This document shows, one piece after another, positions 38,140 to 49,983 of a stretch of 64,000 bases of DNA. How positions within the stretch are numbered: the first letter of the stretch is position 1; the number at the start of each line of letters is the position of its first letter. The DNA lies in the NCBI GenBank assembly GCA_036172245.1, contig JAYWIR010000031.1, positions 2,542,001 through 2,606,000 on the forward strand. Reading direction: 5' to 3'. This DNA is from Raillietiella orientalis (Eukaryota). Position numbers and translations under genes: made by a program. The notes under the pieces were generated by a model. That model ran no database searches, was not told the DNA's origin, and saw only the letters and a list, made by a program, of their open reading frames with translations.

Positions 38140-40993
38140 TACACAAACTTTAGAAATCTTTAAGGTCACTTCGTTTTTTGAACCTGATTCGTATACTCAA
38201 GATGCAAAGCATATTTCCAATGCTTTGAACTCCTGCTGTTGCACAGATCTTCTTAATTCATGATGCCTCTCATTAAGGTCCCTGAGTTCGAAAACACCTG
38301 AATACGCTTCTGGGGGCAGTACTGCTGTTTACCGGCAGCGCCCGTACGCCACGCAGAAAAAACATATTTGAGAGGCAGGTGAAACTCTTTTCCTCAAGGG
38401 ATCTCCTGGGGCTTCGAACATTCCTTCTTTGTGGGCAGCGGTCCAGCCGATGTATCCATCGCAGAGATACTGAATGTTCGAGCAAACCATTATCTCTCTG
38501 GGACGCTCCTCCTTCCATCCTCCCGTCGCTTCATCACTTCCCGGATCCCAAGGCCCCCAGAGACCTTACGAAGGTTGCTCTCACCTCCGCGGGCGGTCTT
38601 CCTTAGAATCCCGAAGAATTCATTTCCGAAGAAGTCACTTCGGAGGAGGATCATGGCCAAAGTGGACGCGCGCTGGATGAGGGGATCTTGACGGAGATCC
38701 CTCCGCTGGAAGCCCGAGAGCAAGGATTCTTTGCAAACATAAGCGTGCTTATGGATGCACTAATAGAAGAAGAAAAGGCATATTTATCCTGAATAGCTGT
38801 CTTTGAATGTGTTCCCAGAATGGCTCTATGGGGGTCGTCAACTCCCAATGTTTCAAGTGAACTATCTGGGTCACCAGATCATTTTACCTCTCCATACTCC
38901 TCGTCTGGCTGTTGAAGCAGATGCTAAGGATGTGAGCAAGTGACTTTTTTCATTATCTGCTTTTTCTGTGGTCTCACATCATCTGTGGTGGATGATGAAG
39001 GCACAGGCGAGAAGTTTGAGTGGCGCCTCATGCGGCAGTTCTGAAATTTGCGAACCAAAGGTGTATGCTGTTAAATAGATGCTGCAACGCGATGCTTTCA
39101 TACGCCGGGCATGGTCTTCCTTGATCTGAACGCTTTGTAATAAGGGAGTTCCATGCTTCCTCGAGTTGAATTGTGGATGGTCTGCAAGTGATTTTCTTGC
39201 GTATATGCACAAAGAGCACGGAGTCACCAATTGTAATCTAGGGGATTTCTGTTTCAAACTTTCATTTTTAAAATTCGAACTTTCTAGCCAAACATGAACC
39301 CAGTTTGTACTCTGCATTGATATCGTAAATATAGGGAACCGATTTGTCCTTTTGTCCCTATTGGCTTAGCAAAAATGAGATGGGGAGAAGATGGCAACTG
39401 TGCAACAGTATCACTGTCAGCAACAGGCGGAAGTCATCTTACAAAGTTCGATGTCGGCTCCGGGGTTGCAAGCAGGGATCGAAGCAGGGAAGAAAAAGCC
39501 AGGAGATGCGGTACTAGTTTTCGTTCAACGAAACTCGGCACTCCATGGAAGCTTCCTTCCTCCCTGCGGTGGCAAATCCAGGGACCTCTCGTCCTGGGAG
39601 GTGCTGTGCCCCCTGGTTCTATTTAAATCTCTTCCTTTCCCCTTCCCCCCCTCAAGGCATTTTTGCCCAGGATTTCCATTTTCAGCTACCCTATCAGCTA
39701 GACCTCCCATTCTCACTCACGCGAACGAAGCCACAACGGAAAAGACGGAAGAAGGAAGAGGAGTAGATGTACGGAGAACACGAGACCTCCATGGATCGGC
39801 AAGATCGAGTCGCTGTGCGACTGTTGCTCAGTAGACTTGCTGTCTGATACATGGTCGTCGGAATCCATTGCTACTGACAGTGTCACTCGGACGACCACAG
39901 TGGGAGTACAGGGCGAGCAAGGTGGATGAAGCTGTAGCTGCGCAGCTGATGCAGCTCGGGAACATCGGAAGGCGAGAGATCAAGCGGTCCCTCGAAACGG
40001 AGAAGTCAGCGAGACACTGACAAGTTATGGGTGGCAGCGGTGTCCGTCCCTCCATCCTCCAAGAAGCTCTAAGAGGTCGAGGTTTTCCGAAGAATTTCCT
40101 GAGGCCGTCCCCAGGCGGAGGAAACGACCTCAGGAAGGCACACTCTGACAGCTCAAAAGAGCACTTTCAGGGCATATGTTCCGTCGAGACTCGCTTTCTG
40201 GACCAAGGAGCGCTTCTCCTTGAGTGCGAAGCATCCAGGAGGTCTCACGGCTTCCTCTGGAGCACCATCCAACTTCGGAGAGAATTCCAGGAGTAGACTC
40301 CAGATTTTCTGCCTCCGAGACGTCCAAGGGTAGTAGTACTCAGTCAGCGGTGGGACTCTGAGCGGGGAACCGCAGCTGCTGCATTCGCTTAGTCGCCCCC
40401 TGCAATGACATATCCGCTAGGATAAGGGGGTGAAGATGATGGTAAGCGATATAGTGGGAGATGACCAGAGGGGATTAAGAGTACATATCGGCCCTTTGCA
40501 GCCTTCCAGCAGCTTCGCAGGAAAGTGGGAAGGAAGACTGCGGATGCAGGACTGGATGCACTCCCAGCTGCTCCTCTTCCTTGGAGCGGAGAGGCGGAAC
40601 CTCGTCTGGGCACGTGCACGCGTCGGTGATCGGGCGTCATGAGGTGGAGGAGCGCTCGCTCAGTGCGGCCGGCGGCGTTCCTCTGTGGGGATCCGAGGGA
40701 GCATCCCTACCTCCAACGCAAGATGGAAGAGGAGGAAGAGGTCCACGGACAGGAAGGCGCTTCCTCGAGAGATGGCTTCCCGGTCTCCAGCCTCCTCAGG
40801 CTTTATCTGAGAAGCTCCCCGAGGCTTCCGCTCCATAACACCAAAGTCAGGGACTTCTACTTCCTTTCTTTTTTCCTCTTTCCTGCCACCATCGTTCCTT
40901 CCGGGACAAACGTGGAGACGCTTGCTGCTCAGCCACCTCGGGTGCTCCCTTAAGTGTTCAGGAAACGAGATCTCCTGAGACGGAGCGGGTTGA

Positions 40994-41034
40994 GGGTTTC
41001 GGTTCAAAATCCCGAAAGATCATAAACTATAAAT

Positions 41035-41075
<41 letters not shown>

Positions 41076-41894
41076 CATGTATGTATGTATGTATGTATGT
41101 ATGTATGTATGAATGTATATATATATATATACATGTGTGTGTGTGTGTGTGTGTGTATTTACATTTCTCTCTATATATTTCTATAATCTTTATTATAATC
41201 TTTGTAATATATACATTAATTTATATGTTAGTCTTTATATAAATACATATATAATGAGAATATATATTTATTTTTATAATCATTCACATATATACATATC
41301 AATAATATATTAATTATATGTATGTTAATAAATACGAATAACTATAGAGTAGGTAGGGTTGAGATGATGGGACATATGGAAATTGTATTGATTTCTAATC
41401 TTAATCAGATTATTAGTCAATTATTAGTTGATAATGTAACTAATGTTCTAAGAAATATTAGAGGTAGAAAAATTGAAGATGAAAGGAACAAAGAGACGAG
41501 TCATAAATGGGGTATGAGTCCATCAGCTTATTTAGCTTATCTTTGATTTAATCGGATTTAATTGAGTAAATTAAAGGCAAAATTCAACCCTCACCACACC
41601 ACACCATCAAGAAATAATCCTTTGATATCCAAAATTAATATTCTCATAAACTAATTCTTGTTACCCAATTATACTAATTACCCATTCTCACCATTACTAC
41701 ACCCCCTCCTCACTACAACAAATAAAACCTACAATATAACAAAATGCCCCAACAGATATACATCAACTGTATGTTGAAATCTATATTGTATATATCACAT
41801 GTATATTGAGAAAAATGTGTTTATTAATCCATGTAGAATAAGCCCAGAACTAACACTCTCTCTCTTGTGATCTTTCGGCATTTTGATCGGGACC
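40994..41894. mobile_element. Non-autonomous TIR element (MITE-like, possibly Mutator-type ends) with microsatellite/AT-rich interior
   Basis: TCAAAATCCCGAAAGATCA (41004-41022) and TGATCTTTCGGCATTTTGA (41868-41886) are 18/19 inverted repeats bounding an AT-rich block in GC-rich DNA. The same ends occur at 61746-62349. No clear TSD seen. Confidence 0.7.
41033..41157. repeat. Compound microsatellite (CA)n(TA)n(TATG)n(TA)n(TG)n
   Basis: Directly visible inside the 41-kb TIR element. Confidence 0.95.
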
Positions 41895-44800
41895 AAGCGT
41901 TAATCCACCTATTGAAGATCATCCACTCACCTAGGAAGTCCTGGGGACGTTGGCACGCTCTCTGAAGAGTAGTAAAGATTCCATTTCAAAGGGAGAATGC
42001 TGAGATATCTGCTAAGGCTAGGAGCTTTCGGCTTGGGATGGTGGTTGCAGGAAGGTCGAACCGGTGGGATTTGGGGCGTCTGCCTTTGGGTTTGGATGGG
42101 GTGAGAATTCAGCCTGAGTTCCCAAATCTTCAGATATTCCAAGGTTTTGGAAGGGGAGAGCCTGCTCGCTCTCTTTCCGTGTCGATTCTGGGAGCGCACA
42201 CGTATGTTACCAGATGCCCTACCCCACCTTTCGCTGCTTCGGAGGGAAACCTCCCTGCTGAAGATGAAGGGAAGAAGGGATGCTACATGTCGGTGGGACC
42301 GCGCGACCGGACCGGCCGCAGTTCGGTTCCCTCCCCATGATGGAGGAGTCCTCCTTGGTTTCCCAGCCACAGAGTCACAGAGGTTCAGCGGACCACTTCC
42401 ATCGAAGGATGGTCGATGGAGGGAAGGACCAATTAAAGTAGCTGCAGCCTCCCATTTCCTCCCTCTTCCAGGCAGTAGGAGACGAACGCAACGTGACTGG
42501 GCGCCGGAGATCCCGTTTGGCCCACCCATCCTTTGGATGACTCGAGGTAGGACAGTGGGAGTGCAGAAAGGCTAAAGAGAGCCCAGACCTTGCAGTGAGA
42601 TGCTTCCTGCTGTCTCGCCAAGAGAAGAGAAATCGGCGAGTAGGGTCACACGCTGCTGCGGTTTCTTAGCCGACAAAGCCGTTTCTGTCTGCGGAGTACC
42701 AGATCTAGAGAATGTGGGCGATCTTCTCAGGTGAGACATCCTTCGGGATTCAGCCGCCCGCTTTAGCGGCTGACTCTTAGCGTCAGTCCCTCCACCCTTC
42801 ACGCTCTTCTTGGTGCAGAAGAGGAGGAACGAACCAACAACCAAAGAGAGCAAGGAAGAAAGGAAAGAAAGGAGGAAAATACAGGAGTGTTTGTACCAGA
42901 GCGCCGAAGCTACTCGAGTTTTGTCCCTGGTGCAATGCAGGATGACCTTCAACCGATTTAACTATTGCAAGGAAAGCGAAAGCAGAAAGGAGGGAACGTA
43001 TGGGATCTCCGCTAATCACTGCTTTCGCTAATCACTGTTGTTCTCATGAAAAAATCAAAAAAACAAAAAACCAAGTAGGGATGAGGCTCAGCTAAAAGAA
43101 GCTTCCCCATCAATCGACGTCTCATTCTCATTCTCTATGTCAAGATGAGCTGCCTTTTCGCTTCCTTTTCCTTTCATCCTTGTATTGTGTAACGTGGCCT
43201 CGGCGTTGAGAAGAAGTGGAGCCTGTTCTTTGTGGTTGTCAGCAAAGAACTGTCACCTTTCTTCCTCTCCCCATCCCCCCCGTTCCCCCCGTTTTTCGCT
43301 CGCGGAAAAGTCTTCTTACTCTCACCTTCTCGACAAAGATTCCGATTCTGCAAGCCCAGGGGGACTCAGAGGAGGAGAAATCGTTGATCCAAGGAGGTAC
43401 TGGAGTCAATATGAAAGGACTCTGTACTCGTTCGTCCTGGTAGAGGCCGTGACTAGTAGACTCTCTTATGGGTTGCGGCGCCGGCGTCTCACCGGGAGAA
43501 TTCATCCCCAAATCCATATTCCACTCGAAAGAACCGATTCTGCCGAAGCCTTCCTCCAACTCCTTTTTCCCTTCTCCCTCCTTCCTCCTCCACTTTTCTT
43601 CCTTTTTCTCCTCTTCCTTCTCTCATCTTCTACCTCCTTCTTATCGGAGATAAATGCCTGATAAATGCACTGGCTTCGCCGAATTCGAAGGAGCTCTTTT
43701 CTGCTTCCGTTCGGAACTCCTTCCTTCCTTCCGCCTAGCCGTTTATCAGCCATTCATCTCCTCCGGCAGCTGCGTGATGTCGGACGTCTTTCACCGACCC
43801 ATTCGAACGATCCAGGCCAGCCGGTAGCCGGCCGAATTGGCAGCATCTGTCTTCGCATCTCTCTGCTCGTCTCGACTGCTAAGAGAACGAGCGAATACGC
43901 CAGCGCATCTTTGCAGCCACCCGCTGGGAAAGCGATCCGCCCCTCCGCACGATCTCTCCTACCGGCCGTCAGGCCGAGGAAACGGAGCTCTTGAAAAACT
44001 GGTGGCGGCCCCTTCAAAGTCATCCCCTTCTGCAAGTTGTCATGGAGCACCGCAAAGGAGCCCGGGTCATCTTGCAGGCAGAGAGGACCGTCAAAGGTTC
44101 TGTGTGCACAGCTCTCGAATTGCCAAAATCAACACTCGAAGTGAAACCTAGATTTACAAGAGAGGATGGAGGTGACCATGGCGACCTGGTGCAAAAATCG
44201 AGGGGCGAGAACCTGACGAAAATGCGGAGGAGGAGGAGCAGAGACGAATCCAAGGTGGCACCCAGCTCCGTTGCTTGTCACGATCTGTCACGTGCCGAAG
44301 CGTGGCTCCAAAATTCGAGGGCTGGGAGACGGGAGTCAGTCAGCGAGCTGTTCCAGACACGGAATTGGCAGGCAGAGACGTTCGACATATCGGATGTGGG
44401 GCATCATAAGCCGTCCCGCATTCCGCGAAAGAGGAAGAGGTCTCGCATCTGCTGTGGAAGCACAACCTCTGTTTCGCTGCGCCTCCATCAGGCACTACGA
44501 TACGGTTCCGGAAAGTTGCAATACGCGGTGTAGCAAAAGACTGTGGCAAAGCCCAGTTCGAGGTTCTTCGTCCTTTGAAAGCGGCCGCAGCAGGTGTCCA
44601 CTCACTCGTGATGCTGGTGCGCGGATCTGAAATGCCGCGGAAAGTGCCGTTCCCGTTCGAAAGAGCAGCCACAGTCTGGCACTTCGTCAAGGATGACGCG
44701 AGCGAGTGGAGAATACTCCGAGCTCTGCCACCGGAGTCGAGAGGATCCATCGAGCGCAACCTCCAAAGACGCGACTGGGCACCGGATTCGCATGGAGGCT

Positions 44801-45787
44801 GTTCGCATGAGAGGAAAAGTAGCGACAGCTTCCGTCGGTGGGCAAGCTGGAGAAACGAAAGCCGGATCTCCGTCGGGAAACTGAAAGCACCGAGGAACAC
44901 CGCAGGAGGACTCTGAATTAGCACCTTCACGCCGAAGCCATGTAACAGCAAAGTGCTTCCGACAAGACAACGAGACGAGGCCCAGATCAGCCATTCAGAA
45001 AGGATTTTATTCCCGGAATGCTGACGGGCAGAATTTTTCTGACGGGGAAACGATGGTGCTGCCTCCAAGTAGCAGACCAGTACATTTCCCTCCGAATCTG
45101 AGGAAGAGGTGTGCACGAAATCCTAGAAACGAATCAGGAACTCTCAAAAGAGACGAGAGGGATGGAACCTCTGCTATTTAGTTACCTTCTCATCTTGAAA
45201 AAAAAAAAAAATCAACTTATTTTTCTCGAGGTCCCAATGGTTAAAGCTGTGGCCAGTGTCACAACTTGACCCATTGACCTTAGAGTGCCTATTCGTGTCT
45301 CACACATCTCTGTGAGACTAAATGAAGTGGAGCAGGGGATACTTAAAATGTTGACTTATTTCAGTGCTCCAATATCTTCCTGATCCAGTCCAAACTGACT
45401 CCTTACTTTTAAATTGCGACCGCGTTTTTTCAGCTGAAGATCTGCAGAGACTCATCTCTGAAACACCATGAACCAAGCTTAGAGTTTAAGATCGTGAAAA
45501 GGTCCAATGGGTGTAACATGGGAGGGACATTTCAGATCAGTTAAAAGACTTGGAAATGGGAGAGGTTTTCGCACATTTCATCGTACACAACCGACAGAAC
45601 ATAATGAAGTTCAGTTTAGAGGAACTTTAAAAGCGTTGCATATGTCAAGACAACCCTTTGAAACTGTTGAAAATCCTTTGGGGTTCTGTTTTCGCTGCTT
45701 TCCTTCCAGATTTTTCTTCTTCCTCTTTTTGGTTCTCCAAGTGCTGAAGAACTTAGAGGATGGGGCTCACAGAGCTTTTCAGACACT

Positions 45788-46420
45788 GTTCATGCCACCC
45801 AAGGGTGCGTGTAACTCTTCAGGTTATAGGGGGTGCCCCAGAAAGGGACCATCCTTTGAATCCAGGAAGGCCCCGGCGAGAGTCCGTTCCTCTTACTCTT
45901 GGGAGGGAAACCTCGAAACAACGTAACTCTCGCCCTGGTTGTCTCCGAAGGGAACCATTTCTTCCTTATTCTTTCCGGTGGAACCCCCCCGGTTTGTGGG
46001 GATCTGGTTTCTTCTCCGAAGGGGAACCCGGAAAGGATGCTTCCCAATTTCTGTGTAGGGCTCTCCCCGAAGGAGGCAGCACGCTTCTTCCACTCTGGAG
46101 AGGCGACCCCCCTAGAAGGGTGTTAGCCAGCTCCATGGTACGCGATGGAGGGTGCGCTCCCTAGGGGACGATGGCTCCACTTTCAAAACTAGAGGAGAAC
46201 CTCGAAGGGAACCACCTCCTTGATTCCTAGAAAGACCCCTGGAAGGTCAGCTTCCAATCCCAGTTAGTCAACGGGGTCGGTCATCCGGTCCGTTTTCCAT
46301 TAGCGCCGCACATGAAACCCGTGGGCAACCAGCGTCATCTTGCGGGGGGGACCCTGAACCTGCAACGCGGCCCCCATTTCTCGGAGTCGATCTTTCACGT
46401 GGAGATTTGAACCGCAACGC
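45788..46420 (-). mobile_element. SINE-like repeat, copy C
   Basis: The reverse complement reads GGTTCAAATCT (46403-46413)..gatcgactccgagaaatgg..caagatgacgctggttg..gggattggaagctgacc..aggaatcaaggag..ctataacctgaagagttacacgcacccttgggtggcatg, colinear with copy A. Confidence 0.65.
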
Positions 46421-49400
46421 TGGTGTCGTTTCGTGAGAAAGCCGGAAGTCTTTGTCGTCCGGAAATCTCCGAGGGGAGCTCCTCAAGACATTTGTTCTTT
46501 TGTTGTAGGAGAGAGATCATAGTTTGTTGAAAATAGGTCAATCCAAATAAGGAAACAAATAAGAAACAATCCCCTTTGGAATTTGTCAGGGGCAATCGGA
46601 GCACTAAAGTTCGTGTTCGTTTGATGCTATTCGTCAGGCAGACACAGGTATTCATTCTGGAACCAGCATAGCAGCCGAGTTTTGAAATGGCACCTGACCA
46701 TCTTACTGGTCATTTGCAGTGCAGATTCCGGAAGAGTTCTTCGATTTCTCGCAAGAAGCGGCTTCAGTATTTGCATGCATAAATCTGCGAACGCGGATCT
46801 CGCCTGTCAAGGAGTTTTCTCGTGAACCAAGGACACAGTTCTCCAGCACGCCATGTCACTTCCAAATGGCAGACTCGAACTTTGTTGAAATTGGCCGAAG
46901 ATTCTGCAGCTTCCCCCTTTGGCTGTCCACCGACGAACGTCCAAGTTTATGGAAAGTGCGTGAGTCGAGCTACCAACTGCGAGCTAGTGGTCACGAAACC
47001 AAGCGGCGGCCACCCCTTTCCTTTTAGATGAACAATTCAAGTGGGGAAAGTGCAGCGGTAAATTCTCACGGCTGAGGATTTTTTCCGTAAACACATCGGC
47101 ACAACATTCTGGAAAGTCCTCTGAACCGGTAGCCTGGTCTCTGCTTTCCGTTCGCGCTCACCATCAGCGAGGTTTGGTCCGCTCTGACCCTCCAGTAAAG
47201 AGCCAGATTTGGAAGCAACAGTTGCTCAGCAGTAGGGATTTCCTTGGGAATAGCTTGTTCTTCACCTCGTTTTTTCTGGCTTTCAGATTTCCCAAACTTG
47301 TCAATGAGCTTGACCTTTCAATGTAGTCTTTTATCGTTCGGACTACGATCCCCGTACACGTCGGAGAGGCAGGTCCACTTAGAGTGATTTCCCGTCCTTC
47401 TGTTATCAACGACCTTCGAGCGATTGATCATCACATCGGTTGTGCCTTTGAACCACCAAGATCTCTATGGAGTCCTCGCCGAAATGGTTGCAAGTAAGAA
47501 AAAGGAAGAAGAAAAGGTCAAAACCGCCCGCATGGACTCGCTGACGATCTTTTGCAGTTCCAGTCTTGCAGAGGTGAAGCCGGCGAACCCTCCGGTCTTG
47601 TTGATGCTGCTTCTCGCTGGTCCCTAATCCCACCCACCCAGCCATTCGACAGGGAGATTCAAGTCTTGGCAATGTATTCCGAGAACAGAATCTCCAGATG
47701 CAAGAACCGCACGAGAGCTAAGTGGATCTTCAAGATCCAATTTTTCGGAGGCTGAAAAATGATTCCGTCCCGTCACCTGGTGTGTATATGAATGATTGAT
47801 TCCGAGGGAATTCGTTTCAGAGGTTGAAGAGAACGCGTTTTAAACCACTCGACTCAATGGATGCTGCAGGAGATATTAATGCTTTCCCTGCACACTTCTT
47901 TGGAACGCTTGCTCCTCTCTTCCTCTCTCTCCCTCAGAGATGCTGTTTTCTGAAGGTAGAAGTGCTTCAGCGAATTTGGATACTTGACTAAATGATTGAT
48001 TAATCAAATGTGTCAGGCGACCGCTTGCATCCAGGAGGTTGATGGATTCGAAACTGAATCCATTCGAGCAGCGTGTTCGTGCAGTTTCTTTTTGCCACCG
48101 GGTGATTTGTTACCTCCCAGGTTTATTTATCTTTTTACCTGGAACCACTTTTCTGCCCGATCGGCCGCACCGCTGCCTTCTGAGATTGGGTTCCGTGCCG
48201 GGACCGAAGGGACACAAGGACGGTGCGATTTCCGAGATTCCAAATCTGATGGGGGCCGAAGAGAGATGATCATTAGGAATCGACTCGCGCGAAATTTCCA
48301 CCGCGCGTTATCGCTCGCTCAAAAAAAATTTCCGTGCGGTCATGGAGTGGAATCCCCGCTTCTCTTCCGCTCACGTTTCCAGCATTCCGCTCTCCGAAGG
48401 GGCCCCTGCCACGGGGGCAGGGACGTGTGGGTCCGAACGACGACCGTGACCCAGCATTGGGAGAAATCGAACCTTGAGAAAGGTACTTGAAGCGCTTTCG
48501 GCGAGGGTGCACACGGCACCGATCCTTTTCGGATCGACTGAAACGCGCTTACGTGTTAAAAAAATGCCTGTACGTACATGCATCTGTAAGCACTCGAGCC
48601 GAAAGCTGCTGGCGATCGTTCCAGAGAGCTTCTGTTCCCTTGGCGACGGAAATGCGGAAAATCGTTTCAATAACCTCTTGGACGGCAGGCATTGCCGTTT
48701 CACGGACGCGGCTTAAAACGAGATTTCGATGAGATTTTCGGGGATGCAATCGAACAAACACCAATAAATCATTTTCGGAACAGGAAGATAATCGAAACAG
48801 AACCGTTTGCATCGAAGTTCCCTTTTCTTTTCGTAAACACTCCTGAATTCCAAATCAAGAAGTAAATAGAAATGAAACCCCCCGAATGTTTCGAGCATCC
48901 CTTGGAAAAGTCAATTTTCTTGGGTCTGGATGAATAAATCGGGTAACTCGAGTGCAGCATCTTGCGCGGCAGTGCTCGTTCCTGAATGCAAGATGAATCC
49001 CGGGCTCCATATTCACGTATTCAAGATTCTCAGGAGTGGAAAGGGGAGGGGGGGGGGGGGAGAGCACAACGCAATATCCCCTTGGTTCCGTCCGAGTGAT
49101 CAAAGCAGCTGACCGTGGGGTGACCAATTCCTGCGCATCGGGTTTTCGCATTCAGAGCTTGTTCGCATGACTGTTCCCTCCTTGAGGATTCATCAGGCGA
49201 AATTGTTTCTCCCACCAAAGTCCGCTCCCGAACAAGAGCATGGAAAAATGGACTCGGGGAAGTGATTTCGCGTTGCGGTCGCAGCCGGGCCACTCGAAAA
49301 CAAGAAGGCCCCAACCTCAACCGGACTGATCCTCTGCAGAATCGCGCGAGATTCTGCGTTTCCTAGCGAAGCCAGGATAATATCGATCAAGTTTTGCAGA

Positions 49401-49983
49401 TCAACAAAAACTCTGCACGACGACGACGAACCGTCTGCTCCCTCTGTTTTCTACTTAGTTCATTTATTCCTTTGCATGATCATTCCAGCATCCTGCAGAA
49501 CCTGGAGCAGAAGGCGTTCTTGGGCGGGGGCTAAAAGCCGGAAAGATCTGCCTCTGTGGGAATTAAGATCCGTTGCCATAAGAGCTGCCGAGAGACCGCG
49601 AGATACTCTTTCAATTTCCTTCTGTTACATGGGAGAGAAAATGGCGCAATGTAAAAGCTGTCAAGTTTCTTCCAAGTTCCCTTTTTCAGAAAAGCCGGGT
49701 AATAGATTTCATTAAAAGGCAATGCTGCTTATCCAGTGTCACGCCCAATCACCTTTCTTTTCTTTTTTTTTTTCTTTTCTTTTTTTTTTTCTTTCTTTCT
49801 TTCCTTTTTTTTTTTTTTCTGGCTGGAAACGGCTTCTCTAAAATCATGGAAACGACACATCGCTTAGGACGCTCCAAACGATCTGTTATTCCTTAGGCGA
49901 AATCTCTCTCTGCTCTCCCTACCGTCCGGCTAAGAGCAGAAGGCGAGTTTCTTCGAGCCAAATCGGGGCGAAAACCAACTGTT

